Shown here: one piece after another, positions 11,401-19,365 of the stretch | How the letters are laid out: every line of letters starts with the position of its first letter | Numbering within the stretch: the first letter of the stretch is position 1 | Assembly (NCBI RefSeq): GCF_000485595.1 | Contig: NW_014577072.1 | Location: 1,104,124 to 1,124,123 of the forward strand | DNA from: Priapulus caudatus | Taxonomy: Eukaryota | Length of the DNA: 20,000 nt | Reading direction: 5' to 3' | Notes under the pieces: generated by a model | The model's input: the letters and a program-made list of their open reading frames with translations, nothing else | Told to the model about the DNA's origin: nothing | Databases searched by the model: none | Made by a program: the position numbers and the translations under genes

Positions 11401-11773
11401 TGTCTACAACACGTACGCACAAATCCATTCACCACGAGTCCGTAACAACCTTCCCGCATCCAACAGCAACCTCCACCTCCTATACATCATGTAACCGCCG
11501 TCGTTTTTCTCGTCGCAGGCTATCTGCAACACGATGAAGATCAGCAACTGCTACGAGCTGCTGACGCAGTACTCGTCGGACGAACTGAACGCAGACGACG
11601 CGTGCGTGACGCAGTGCGCTTACGTCGTGCGTGCGTTCGTCATTGAGACGCCGCTCACGGTCGGCAAGGGCGACTCCAACTTCATAACGCAGAATCGCGA
11701 GCCGTTTGCCAACGCGGCGACGGGCAGGGGCGGACGCATCGGCGATGGCTTCAGCTTCTCAGGCGGGTCGTAA
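1..11773 (+). CDS. Double-domain animal heme peroxidase (peroxinectin/chorion-peroxidase-like; CG10211/DBLOX type), 5'-truncated; 20 exons in window
   Basis: Exons 1-53, 520-630, 946-1245, 1393-1574, 1924-2202, 3301-3362, 3595-3705, 4025-4157, 4425-4654, 4850-5023, 6169-6342, 6940-7041, 7537-7772, 8549-8836, 9087-9295, 9561-9656, 9989-10158, 10415-10523, 11228-11393, 11519-11773 join via GT-AG into one open frame ending TAA at 11771-11773. Motifs: NPHW, FRFGH and NIQRGRDHG twice each; [23 protein letters not shown] in domain 2. Confidence 0.93.
520..630 (+). CDS. Peroxidase exon (domain 1): [24 protein letters not shown]...
   Basis: CAG acceptor 517-519, donor GT 631, conserved helix motif. 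Confidence 0.92.
946..1245 (+). CDS. Peroxidase exon (domain 1) with proximal His ([13 protein letters not shown])
   Basis: Within ORF 916-1284; AG/GT boundaries; 300 nt. Confidence 0.95.
1393..1574 (+). CDS. Peroxidase exon (domain 1): [21 protein letters not shown]
   Basis: Signature motif; AG 1391-92, GT 1575. Confidence 0.95.
1648..1878. repeat. (GA)n microsatellite / purine-rich tract
   Basis: Direct reading. Confidence 0.95.
1924..2202 (+). CDS. Peroxidase exon (domain 1): [14 protein letters not shown]...GPTFACII...RRGDRLWYE
   Basis: 3' part of ORF 1685-2206; AG 1922-23, GTAAGT 2203. Confidence 0.95.
2325..2425. mobile_element. 101-bp Harbinger-type MITE
   Basis: 18-bp TIRs GGGGTCGTCGTCAGAAAC vs GGGCCCGTTGTCAAAAAC (14/18), flanked by CTG and CAG (CWG target). 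Confidence 0.5.
2496..3210. repeat. 36/40-bp minisatellite, 18 units, core GTGCTTGTCGTTGTGTG
   Basis: TTGTCGTTG recurs from 2530 to 3178 at 36- or 40-bp spacing. Confidence 0.95.
3301..3362 (+). CDS. Peroxidase exon, end of domain 1: [20 protein letters not shown]
   Basis: C..LP..DL..W terminal motif; TTCAG acceptor, GTAAG donor; no stop. Confidence 0.88.
3595..3705 (+). CDS. Peroxidase inter-domain linker exon
   Basis: Open in the required phase (1/1); GCAG acceptor, GTAGGT donor. Confidence 0.72.
4025..4157 (+). CDS. Peroxidase inter-domain linker exon
   Basis: Open in the required phase (1/2); GTAG acceptor, GTAAGT donor. Confidence 0.75.
4305..4385. repeat. (GACATT)n hexanucleotide microsatellite, ~13.5 units
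   Basis: Direct reading; one variant unit. Confidence 0.97.
4425..4654 (+). CDS. Peroxidase exon, start of domain 2: [11 protein letters not shown]...[10 protein letters not shown]
   Basis: N-terminal An_peroxidase motif; AG/GT boundaries. Confidence 0.93.
4850..5023 (+). CDS. Peroxidase exon (domain 2) with distal His: LPSARSVS...[14 protein letters not shown]
   Basis: GQFxDHD motif; AG/GT boundaries. Confidence 0.95.
5035..6118. repeat. Long degenerate (GA)n purine-rich tract containing assembly gap 5197-5300
   Basis: Direct reading; near-perfect (GA)n at ~6020-6078. Confidence 0.92.
6169..6342 (+). CDS. Peroxidase exon (domain 2): GFNNSVLDC...[13 protein letters not shown]...CMGFARS
   Basis: Conserved Cys motifs; CCAG acceptor, GTAAGT donor. 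Confidence 0.93.
6351..6488. repeat. AT-rich low-complexity tract
   Basis: Almost only A/T for ~140 bp. Confidence 0.85.
6725..6869. mobile_element. Possible truncated DNA-transposon end (Academ-like terminus)
   Basis: Ends AAGTGCACAATT...CTTAGCTGCTGTACTA; resemblance from memory only, no partner TIR seen. Confidence 0.25.
6940..7041 (+). CDS. Peroxidase exon (domain 2), Ca2+-binding loop: [20 protein letters not shown]
   Basis: T-x-x-x-D-x-S motif; AG/GT boundaries. Confidence 0.95.
7161..7431. mobile_element. ~270-bp palindromic MITE-like element built of CTATGACAAATA sub-repeats
   Basis: Arms 7161-7240 and 7330-7431 are reverse complements apart from a 22-bp indel and one mismatch; no clear TSD. 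Confidence 0.7.
7537..7772 (+). CDS. Peroxidase exon (domain 2), catalytic Arg/Glu: [12 protein letters not shown]...REHNR...NPHW
   Basis: ORF 7551-7808; AG/GT boundaries. Confidence 0.95.
8040..8225 (-). mobile_element. Partial inverted copy of the 10556-11088 repeat family
   Basis: 8091-8225 is the reverse complement of 10556-10690 with ~12 mismatches in 135 bp. Confidence 0.8.
8273..8301. repeat. (TA)n microsatellite
   Basis: Direct reading. Confidence 0.92.
8431..8503. repeat. 10-N gap followed by (GA)n microsatellite
   Basis: Direct reading. Confidence 0.92.
8549..8836 (+). CDS. Peroxidase exon (domain 2) with proximal His (FRFGHS)
   Basis: Within ORF 8384-8971; ACAG acceptor, GTGAGT donor. 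Confidence 0.95.
9087..9295 (+). CDS. Peroxidase exon (domain 2): TNHLFE...[16 protein letters not shown]
   Basis: ORF 9051-9299; AG/GT boundaries. Confidence 0.95.
9291..9490 (+). repeat. 23-bp tandem repeat (~8.5 units) containing the splice donor
   Basis: TACAGGTGAGATTA(G/C)CTGACAAA units start at 9291, 9314, 9337, 9360, 9383, then decay. Confidence 0.92.
9561..9656 (+). CDS. Peroxidase exon (domain 2): [14 protein letters not shown]...
   Basis: Parallels [12 protein letters not shown] in domain 1; phase 2/2. Confidence 0.9.
9989..10158 (+). CDS. Peroxidase exon (domain 2): [14 protein letters not shown]...RKCDRFWYE
   Basis: ORF 9972-10163; AG/GT boundaries. Confidence 0.95.
10415..10523 (+). 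CDS. Peroxidase exon (domain 2): [19 protein letters not shown]
   Basis: QL.EIRK..L...C.N motif; GCAG / GTAAGT. Confidence 0.93.
10556..11088. mobile_element. Dispersed inverted-repeat (MITE-like) element, most complete copy
   Basis: Inverted arms ~10646-10760 and ~10978-11088 around a (TA)-rich/TACGACCG core; 10556-10690 matches 8091-8225 in reverse complement and resembles ~19001-19120. Confidence 0.8.
11228..11393 (+). CDS. Peroxidase exon: end of domain 2 and start of Cys-rich module (SPCKACFC)
   Basis: [23 protein letters not shown] / GTAAGT. Confidence 0.9.
11519..11773 (+). CDS. Peroxidase terminal coding exon ([11 protein letters not shown]...CVTQC...stop)
   Basis: Pyrimidine tract + GCAG acceptor; in frame with ORF 11534-11773. 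Confidence 0.88.
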   Translation, partial: AICNTMKISNCYELLTQYSSDELNADDACVTQCAYVVRAFVIETPLTVGKGDSNFITQNREPFANAATGRGGRIGDGFSFSGGS

Positions 11774-12295
11774 CAGTAGTACAGTGGAGGGCCGCAGGTG
11801 TGCTAAGAGCATACCAGCAATACAGAAACAAAACGATGCCGGCCCTACATTGATTGAGATTTGCACTAGTGGAGAGAGAGAGAGAGGGGGAGGGGTTGTC
11901 TGTTTATTGTTCGTGGAATCACCGCTGTCCTAGATAACAGAACGTAACGGCCTGTCTAGTTTGAAGTTGTGAACTACCGCTAGAATCCCCACCCTCTCTA
12001 TGTTTCCACTGTATCAACCATGCTTGAGCAGCAGGTAACGTAACGTTGTAATGTCCGAGTATACCGTATATGGACCTATGTATGCTTGTATGCTTGACAT
12101 CTTGTGAGGACGCGAACTCAATACTCGCAGATAATAGGACAGTTATAAAATAGTAAGTCGCGTGACAACGCGTAAATTACGAAGTGTTTTCTAGCACCGT
12201 GATTTCGCACGACTTTGTATATAAATCTCATAACAATAGTCATGTTACTATGTCATCTACCTTTAGTAAACGGGCGTATGCTCATGCTGGTACTG

Positions 12296-12301
12296 AATAA
12301 A
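12296..12301 (+). terminator. Candidate polyadenylation signal (AATAAA) for the peroxidase
   Basis: First AATAAA I found after the stop; alternatives at 13193 and 13463. Confidence 0.35.
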
Positions 12302-13576
12302 GTCATAGTTACTAATATGAGCTAAACCCATTAACAACACTACTTGACAAACGTCGTTACGATGTACAAAAGCTTATATTAACGCAGCCGGCTCCCACGA
12401 CATATTATGTTGTATGCAGGCGCACTTTGGTTTTAATACCAGTATCCTAAATAGCCCTATAACAAATTACCTAGTGGTGAACGATGCTCATCTCAACTGT
12501 TTTACAGCAAGGTTAGTGAGAATGGTTTACCAGCACCCTGTTGACCAGCTGTCCAGTTTGGACATAGCTATCCCGCTCGAATGTTATCAAACTATTAAGT
12601 AGGAGTAGACATGAAAGGCTATGTTGTAATCGTGCCATGTCTTTTTTATTATGAACACGATTACCGGTACGTTATGAATCGTTGGACATATGAAATAACA
12701 TCAAATTCGTTAACTTGAAGTAGTTGTAATCAACCGTGTTTCTGACCATACAAAGAGTTCACATTTTATTTTGTACACCGATGTCTCTCGCAATCGTGAT
12801 AGATGTAATTATAATGTGGCATTTAGGTAATTTTTCTGTCATCTCATGTAAATAACGTGCAGAACACATTACTATGTGCATAAAATAGAAGTCTGACTGT
12901 CTAACCATGAGGTTAAGCGGCCAGTCAGACCATTTTTTATACTTTTTTATGAAGCGTGATCAATGTGTGAATGTACAAAACTAATGTTCACTGTTAGAAA
13001 AAAACGCAGTCATTTTAAAGAATTGATGATGAATGTTTTTAGATCTCACAGATAGTGTGGCTTTACTTCACTAACTTGGTTTTACGCTGTAATGTACTGA
13101 ATTTATATAATTACGCGCCTATGTGTGCAGTAATCATATCTTGCTATGTGCATGTATGTAAAAATGATCGTCTGAGAGTATACAGCTATATTAATAAAAG
13201 CTGATGCATTTATATATTATATGGTGTACATCATATATTGGTGACAAAATTACTGACAAATGTGTCAACATTTTCTAGTTAACCGTAGCCCTATATCATC
13301 AACGGGTGACATTTAATCGTAATATTTTCAACATGATTTCATAAACTAGCACGCATACATATCACGTGACAATCTTGACAATGGCTTGAACATTACAATG
13401 ACTACTTACATCAATTGAAGGGATTTTTGCCATGTGTATCACCGCACGTGTCCTATCATTTTAATAAATTACTAAGGCTACTATAGGTTTTAGTGGGACG
13501 TGTTTCATGTACACTTAATGCACACCGTGTTGCTGTTGGCACCTGCCAGTTTGTGTCCATCACCGCTTATTGATAC

Positions 13577-13619
13577 TTAGAAGGGGATTCTGAATGGCCA
13601 GTACTTGTGCTCACTCACC
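13577..13619 (-). CDS. AKR exon 10, coding part (VSEHKYWPFRIPF*)
   Basis: T-rich acceptor TACAG; H..[YW]PF C-terminal motif; TAA. Confidence 0.9.
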
Positions 13620-16600
13620 CTGTATAAAAAAAACAGTCTGTTAGCGAGTCTGTCCTTTTCGCTATACAAGAACTCACGTACAATATGGTAAAGGCAGTGG
13701 ATTAGACCAGATAGCATCCGCCTAAACAATTAAGTTATTATCAACCTGTTTTAAAAGCCAGGTATAGTTATCTATATCATCTTTACTTCATGAAATACTA
13801 TCCACAATGCCAATGTCCCTACCAGTTCAGATGTAGAGCTCTGTAGTTCATATTCTGAGCATCGATGGTCTTCATGTCCTCTTCAGTCAGCTCAAAGTCA
13901 AATACCTGTACACCAAGGTCAAACCTAAGCAAAATACTACTATGTATGGTAGCCCATAAAAGTATAATTTTGCCGTTTTTATGTTTTCCATCATTTTATT
14001 AGAAGCACAGAAGCAGAAATCCAAAACGATACACCTAATAGATTCAACAGATAAACATAAGCTGCATAATGGCAACCAAACTACATCAGGCATGCATTGC
14101 GACAGTTGAGCAAACGTACATTGAAGTTCTCCTCCAATCGTTGCCTCTTCACACTTTTTGGAATCACCATGTTGCCTCGCTGCAGCTGCCACCGAATGCA
14201 AACCTGAAAGCAGTCAACATTGCAGCAGTTTTAAACGCTAATCCAAGAACATTTAAAACAGCCAGCTATTCTCTGACACTGCTAGTAGCCGCAAACACAA
14301 GTAACACTGTCACTTAGGAGTGTCACTTGTGAAAACAAAAAAACACGAGTATGCTAAAACCGTTCAGCCGACTCTTAGACTCAACACACACCCATAGCCA
14401 TGTAGCAAGAACAGAAACTGACTAGATTACCTGAGGTACAGTCTTGCCATGTTTAGCAGCAATAATCTTTATTTTCTCATCTGACAAGAGCTTGGGATCA
14501 TCTGAGGTCTTCCTAAGATGATAGAAACAATAAGAACAATTGTGGGTCATTAATACCCCGTACAGACTGCAAATTTAACCTTACGTCAAACTAATATGGG
14601 CCAGTCCAGAACTACATTTTTACAGTTCGTGCATGACGTCCAGGGCTAAATACGCACTAGTCTGTAGTAGGTTAGCCCTCTAATTCAGGTGGGCCAGGCC
14701 CACTTCAAAAGTGTACTAAGTTATCCCGTACTAAGTTATCCCGCGCCAACTTAGGTTGTACAATTGCGTCTGTATGCAATATGATCCAGGTGTGGGCTAA
14801 ATTTCGATATACACATGTGAATAGTCTTCTTTGGATGACATACAAAAGTACAAACAAACATCTGTAATTGTGTCTGCAATTTCGTTTTCCATCTTCAGAC
14901 ACTACTGTATACTCATATAGCGTAAACAACTTGCTTTATAGCTTAATGGCAAAGAGAGGAAGTAACTGGGATAACAACCAGGTTAAGAGTCTGATTAAAA
15001 TTTGGCCCCAAGAATCTATCCACATGTATGGATGGTATGGGAAGACATACATAGAAATTTGTATGTTTATACTTCCATTGTTGATGAAATGGTTGAATTG
15101 GATTGTAATCAGATACCTAGATTAGATTATACACCAGTTGTAGTAGCTTCTGCTGTGTATTACTATTCCAACACCTGTTACTATTCTTCTTCTTCTACTA
15201 TTACAACTGCTCAGTATAAATCTTAATAATGCCATCGGTGATGCCGTTTTTTAACCGTGATTGCTGTAGGGCTCAGTGACATAATAAGCTAAACTGAGCA
15301 TGTGCAGTCTACTCGTGCTAATGTAGCCCAGTTGAGTATGTAGTGTATGCACGCTGCAAGTTGAGTGCATCTGTCCTGGGCCTAACCCAGACTATTTGAT
15401 GTAAGATAAAATTTTGCAGTCTGTTCGTGTTATCAGGAGTAGATAATAGGGAAGGAGTGTGACTTCAATAAACAAGGGAAATTTGTCATTTACTAGCCTT
15501 ATAATACCTACGATTTACTGCGCGTAACTCATCCAACTTGAGCTCAAATCAGACACAGTACATTCGCCTAGCATCGTGCGAAATCGTTTCCTCGTATACA
15601 CCCGCAATCCGGAGATACAGACTAAAACGTACAACACGATTTTCCATTCTGTTGCCAGCAAACTCGGTGCATTTTGCGCCAAAATTTAAACAAAAGGCAG
15701 CTACTAACCACTCTTGCTCACTCTGCGAGTCGGTGTGGCTCGCAGGGAGATTGCGGTGGGCATGCGTGCATGGGGGGCATACCAGCTGTATGCCGGTATG
15801 TAGCTGTATGCTGGGTCAAAGGTTATCTCACCGAGTGTTGCGTCGATGTCCAATCTCCCTGCGAGCCACATCGCCTCGCCGAGTGAGCAAGAGTGGTTAG
15901 TAGCTGCCTTTTGTTTAAATTTTGGCGCAAAACGCACCGAGTTTGCTGGCAACAGAATGGAAAATCGTTTCGTACGTTTTAGTCTGTATCTCCGGATTGC
16001 GGGTGTATACGAGGAAACGATTTCGCACGATGTTAGGCAAATGTACTGTGTACGATTTGAGCTGAAGTTGGATGAGTTACGCGTAGTAAATCGTAGGTAT
16101 CATAAGGCTAGTAAATAACGAATTTCCCTTGTTTATTGAAGTCACACTCCTTCCCTATTATCTACTCCTGGTGTTATCAAACAAAGTGTTTAGCCTCCTA
16201 GCTTAATCCCACAATCCTAAATCTAATCTTAATCACAAATCTAATGTATCACGCCTTCTACCTACATGGTCTCTATTCTCACAATCAGGTAATATTAAAA
16301 AACTGAAAAAAGGCAAGTGCATGCATAGTTGTATCTGACTTACCAGGGCACAGTAGGATTTGCCAGTGGTGAGTAAGCAGTCAGTATTATACCCCTTTCT
16401 TTGCAGAAGTTCATCAATTGACTTTGGTCTAAATACGGATTGCATTCAACCTATAACACAAAAGAATACAATTATGGACAGATTTTAAAAATTACATTTA
16501 AAATCGGAAGAATTATATAAAGAAAATACAGTTTAAATATGTCAATTATATATTATCATGTTATTTATAATTTGTGATTTCAGTGAGCGTTCACAGTACC

Positions 16601-18515
16601 TGCACGTTGACGGGCTTTATGGTCGAGTTGTCTATGATTCTCTGAATTTGTTCACTATTAAAATTAGACAGTCCAAGTGAGTGCACTTTTCCCTGTTGCA
16701 CCAATTTCTCCATAACCTGCAATAGAGTTTCACCTGCATTTCGATACGTTTCATGAATTCCATTTTTTTTAAATAGTGATACTAAACTAATAAATTTGCT
16801 AGACTAATAAATAATTTTAATCATATGAGTACAAATTTTAGAACAAACAATTTGGAATTAGATTATATTTTACGTGTAGGCAAGTGCCATTATTTCTTTT
16901 ATATTCTCTCTTCCTTTCCCATAAAAAGGTTTGTATGTAGTGTTATATTAATTAGTGTGTTACACAAGAAAATGCTGCACTACAACCATTTGTTTAAATA
17001 TGTTTATTTACTGCTACATTAGTACCTTCCATGACTCCAAGTAGTCTACATCGGCAAATATAAATTTGCCATTTTCGTCTTTGGGGAAAATTTCACGCCC
17101 TTCCTAGAACAGGCAGCAATTATGTCAATGTAATATATAATATATGTCTTATGTTATGTATAAGAGCGGGTGCACTATTTAACTTACTGTAAAAATATTC
17201 GTCTTCATAGGGTTACTTTGTTAACCTCATGTGATATAAAGAAATGCACTGATTGATGCATGCCCACATGTACTCACTCAAGCACAGATGCAAGCACGTG
17301 TTTACACGCAGATGTGTAAACAAGCATGTACACAAGCAGCCATGCATGTGTCCGTGAATGCGTGCGTGCGTGCGTGCGTGTGTCTCTGTCTGTGTGTCTG
17401 TGCGTGTGTGTGTGTGCGCATGTGGGCAACCATGCATGGGTGTGTGAGCTGTGTTTCATTACACAGATACTTCTCGTGAAATGATGTCATTCTATATCGA
17501 ACTAGCAAATCTGAACACCAATAAATTAAACAAAATGCTACTTGCAACGTTCTTAAATCAATGCAGGCTATATATTTACAGATCTTTAATTTCAAGTGCC
17601 TGTTCGATATGGCATCTAGCAGTCATTTATAATATGTACACAGTGGCATGAACTGGCATAGTTTCATACTAAACTGTTATTGTACTCACAACATAGCTCA
17701 TTGGCCAATGAATCATATACATGTCCAGGTAGTCTAGCTGAAGCTTCTTCAGTGAAACATCAATTGCTTCAAATACCTTAGCAGTGCTGTGAAAGGTGTT
17801 CCAGAGCTACAAAGTATAAAAGACATACTGATATTTATAGGCGCTCTATTAAAATAGTTGCCTCATTTTACTTTGGTTAAGTTCAATACTGTTATGCCAT
17901 GCAGGGTTTTTGAGGTGAAGCTATAGTCTAATTTAGCTCTGATAAAAAGCATATAACTAACAACTGATATTCTCTTTTATAATATTTATAATATAATATT
18001 GATAATATCAAGAGTACATAATAGGATACTCATCTCCTATTATGTACTCTTGATAATATGATAATATAAATAATATGAGAAAATGCAAAGGTGATACAGA
18101 CATTTAATACAATTGATATCTAAACCTAAAATGTTAACAAATGAATCACAACCAGTGATTGTAATAAGTTTGCACACACTTCTAATAACCTACTCGTCAC
18201 TGTAAACCATACAATGCATATCATAAAAGTCATAAATGCAAGTCATTTGCCTGAAAACATTTATTTGTTAGACAGAACACTATCCTTTTACTAAAACCTA
18301 AATTAGTCAGTGAAGTTAATTAAAATATAGCTATTGATTAAACAAACCTTGGATGTGACATACAACTGATCTCTAGTAACTGTGCCATCCTCTATCTTGG
18401 CCTTCACCGCTATACCAATTTCTTCCTCGTTGCCATAAGCAAATGCTGTATCGATGTGTCGATAACCAATGTCTATGGCATCTTTCACAGCCTGGATCAC
18501 ATCACCTTCTTTCGA
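13577..18515 (-). CDS. Aldo-keto reductase, AKR1 family (aldose reductase/AKR1B-like), exons 2-10; exon 1 not found in window
   Basis: Minus-strand exons 18515-18348, 17806-17690, 17103-17026, 16716-16600, 16450-16344, 14512-14431, 14203-14120, 13905-13823, 13619-13577, all GT-AG and in frame. Motifs GYRHIDTA, LDYLDMYMIHWP, GLSNFN, AYSPL, VIPKS, VFDFEL; tetrad Asp/Tyr/Lys/His present; TAA stop at 13579-13577. Confidence 0.96.
13823..13905 (-). CDS. AKR exon 9 (VFDFELTEEDMKTIDAQNMNYR)
   Basis: 83 nt; FDFEL motif. Confidence 0.95.
14120..14203 (-). CDS. AKR exon 8 (VCIRWQLQRGNMVIPKSVKRQRLEENFN)
   Basis: 84 nt; IPKS NADPH-binding signature. Confidence 0.95.
14431..14512 (-). CDS. AKR exon 7 (KTSDDPKLLSDEKIKIIAAKHGKTVPQ)
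   Basis: 82 nt; phase 2/0. Confidence 0.95.
14554..15433 (+). mobile_element. Degenerate PIF/Harbinger-like transposon relic with frameshifted Myb/SANT-like fragment
   Basis: Imperfect ~45-bp TIRs (TACCCCGTACAGACTGCAAATTT... vs ...AAATTTTGCAGTCTGTTCGTGTTA); 14946-~15120 encodes MAKRGSNWDNNQVKSLIKIWPQESI then, after a frameshift, HRNLYVYTSIVDEMVEL. Confidence 0.6.
15434..16170. mobile_element. 737-bp non-autonomous foldback DNA transposon (P/Galileo-like termini)
   Basis: Arms 15434-15753 and 15851-16170 (320 bp, ~15 mismatches); termini CAGG...CCTG; exact 7-bp direct repeat GTGTTAT at 15427-15433 and 16171-16177. Confidence 0.88.
16344..16450 (-). CDS. AKR exon 6 (VECNPYLDQ...TAYSPLANP)
   Basis: 107 nt; ATAG / GTAAGT. 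Confidence 0.95.
16600..16716 (-). CDS. AKR exon 5 (VMEKLVQQGKVHSLGLSNFN...KPVNVQ)
   Basis: 117 nt; AKR signature. Confidence 0.95.
17026..17103 (-). CDS. AKR exon 4 (EGREIFPKDENGKFIFADVDYLESWK)
   Basis: 78 nt; FPKDENG loop motif. Confidence 0.95.
17359..17417. repeat. (TGCG)n/(TG)n compound microsatellite
   Basis: Direct reading. Confidence 0.85.
17690..17806 (-). CDS. AKR exon 3 (LWNTFH...LDYLDMYMIHWPMSYV)
   Basis: 117 nt; catalytic His; GTAG / GTGAGT. Confidence 0.96.
18009..18052. mobile_element. 44-bp miniature inverted-repeat element related to the 15434-16170 termini
   Basis: Perfect 18-bp IR CAAGAGTACATAATAGGA with 8-nt spacer; ATAATAT on both sides (18002-18008, 18053-18059). Confidence 0.7.
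18348..18515 (-). CDS. AKR exon 2 (SKEGDVIQAVKDAIDIGYRHIDTAFAYGNE...TSK)
   Basis: 168 nt within ORF 18303-18578; catalytic Asp, Tyr, Lys. Confidence 0.96.
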
Positions 18516-19000
18516 CTGCAAGTAAACAGTACAAACTGTAAAATTAAATTGAAAGGTATGACAGTTCTGGATATTCATCTTCTTTTTGAACAGCTATAAA
18601 ACAGTATAAGTTGAACAGTATGTAGCCAGGGGTAGGGCTAAGTTATGTATCATATATATAATATCCGAAGTTTGTATTAGACAGATCTGTATGTAATATA
18701 CTGATACAGCTAGAATTAGCTTATGAACATAGTACGTACTAATACAGCAGTAAATGCACGAGCCTGGCCGGGCTAGCTGCTACCGTGTTTATGGTTATAT
18801 TCGGAGTTATGAGTTTGATTAATGATAAACAACAATGTCAATGTCAATACAAAAGTAAGCTGTAATTAATGAAAAACATTGCATTCATTATTCAATCTTG
18901 TCTAAACGTTTAAAATAGTTAAGGGAATCAATATCGCACGTATACGACGCTGTCATATCTTGCCCTAGTAGTAACGTAACCTAAATATAACCCGCACAAC

Positions 19001-19355
19001 CCCAGGCACGTGGAACGTTTCAATAGTAAAAGGATGGTAAATAAACACGAAATGTATTTACCACCAAAGTTCTCTACTCCCCTTCGCCTATTATCGCCGA
19101 TAACTTCCTGTAAATACCGTTCATATGCTCCTCTGCAACACAGGAGTACACTGCACGCACGCTGCTGTGCACAAACAACAAGAATACCGTATAGAGGTAT
19201 TCTATAGGATACCAGATATAAGAACTCTATTATCTATATTTGCTTGTTGTTTCTGCACAGTGGTGTGCATGCGGTGTAGGCCTACTCATGTGTTGCAGAG
19301 GAGGCTTTGAACGGCATTTACACTACCAGTACAGGAAATTATATCGGCAATAATA
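19001..19355. mobile_element. Diverged third copy of the same inverted-repeat family
   Basis: CAGGCAC...CGTTTCAATA...CGAAATGTATTTACCACCAAA...TATTATCGCCGA left part; inverted right arm ending TCGGCAATAATA. Confidence 0.65.
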
Positions 19356-19365
19356 CTATTTATAA

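Noticed and set aside
12891..12930. Hairpin as a SECIS element
   Set aside because: No in-frame TGA in either spliced CDS here, and no tandem GA quartet/AAR loop geometry.
13612..13622. Donor-like GTGAGT one base after the last AKR acceptor (CAG-G-GTGAGT)
   Set aside because: Explained by Val-Ser codons in a terminal exon with the expected C-terminus; no evidence of use.
15538..16118. Mirror-image ORFs (PANSVxFAPKFKQKAATNHSCSL on both strands)
   Set aside because: Consequence of the inverted arms; no transposase motif recognised.
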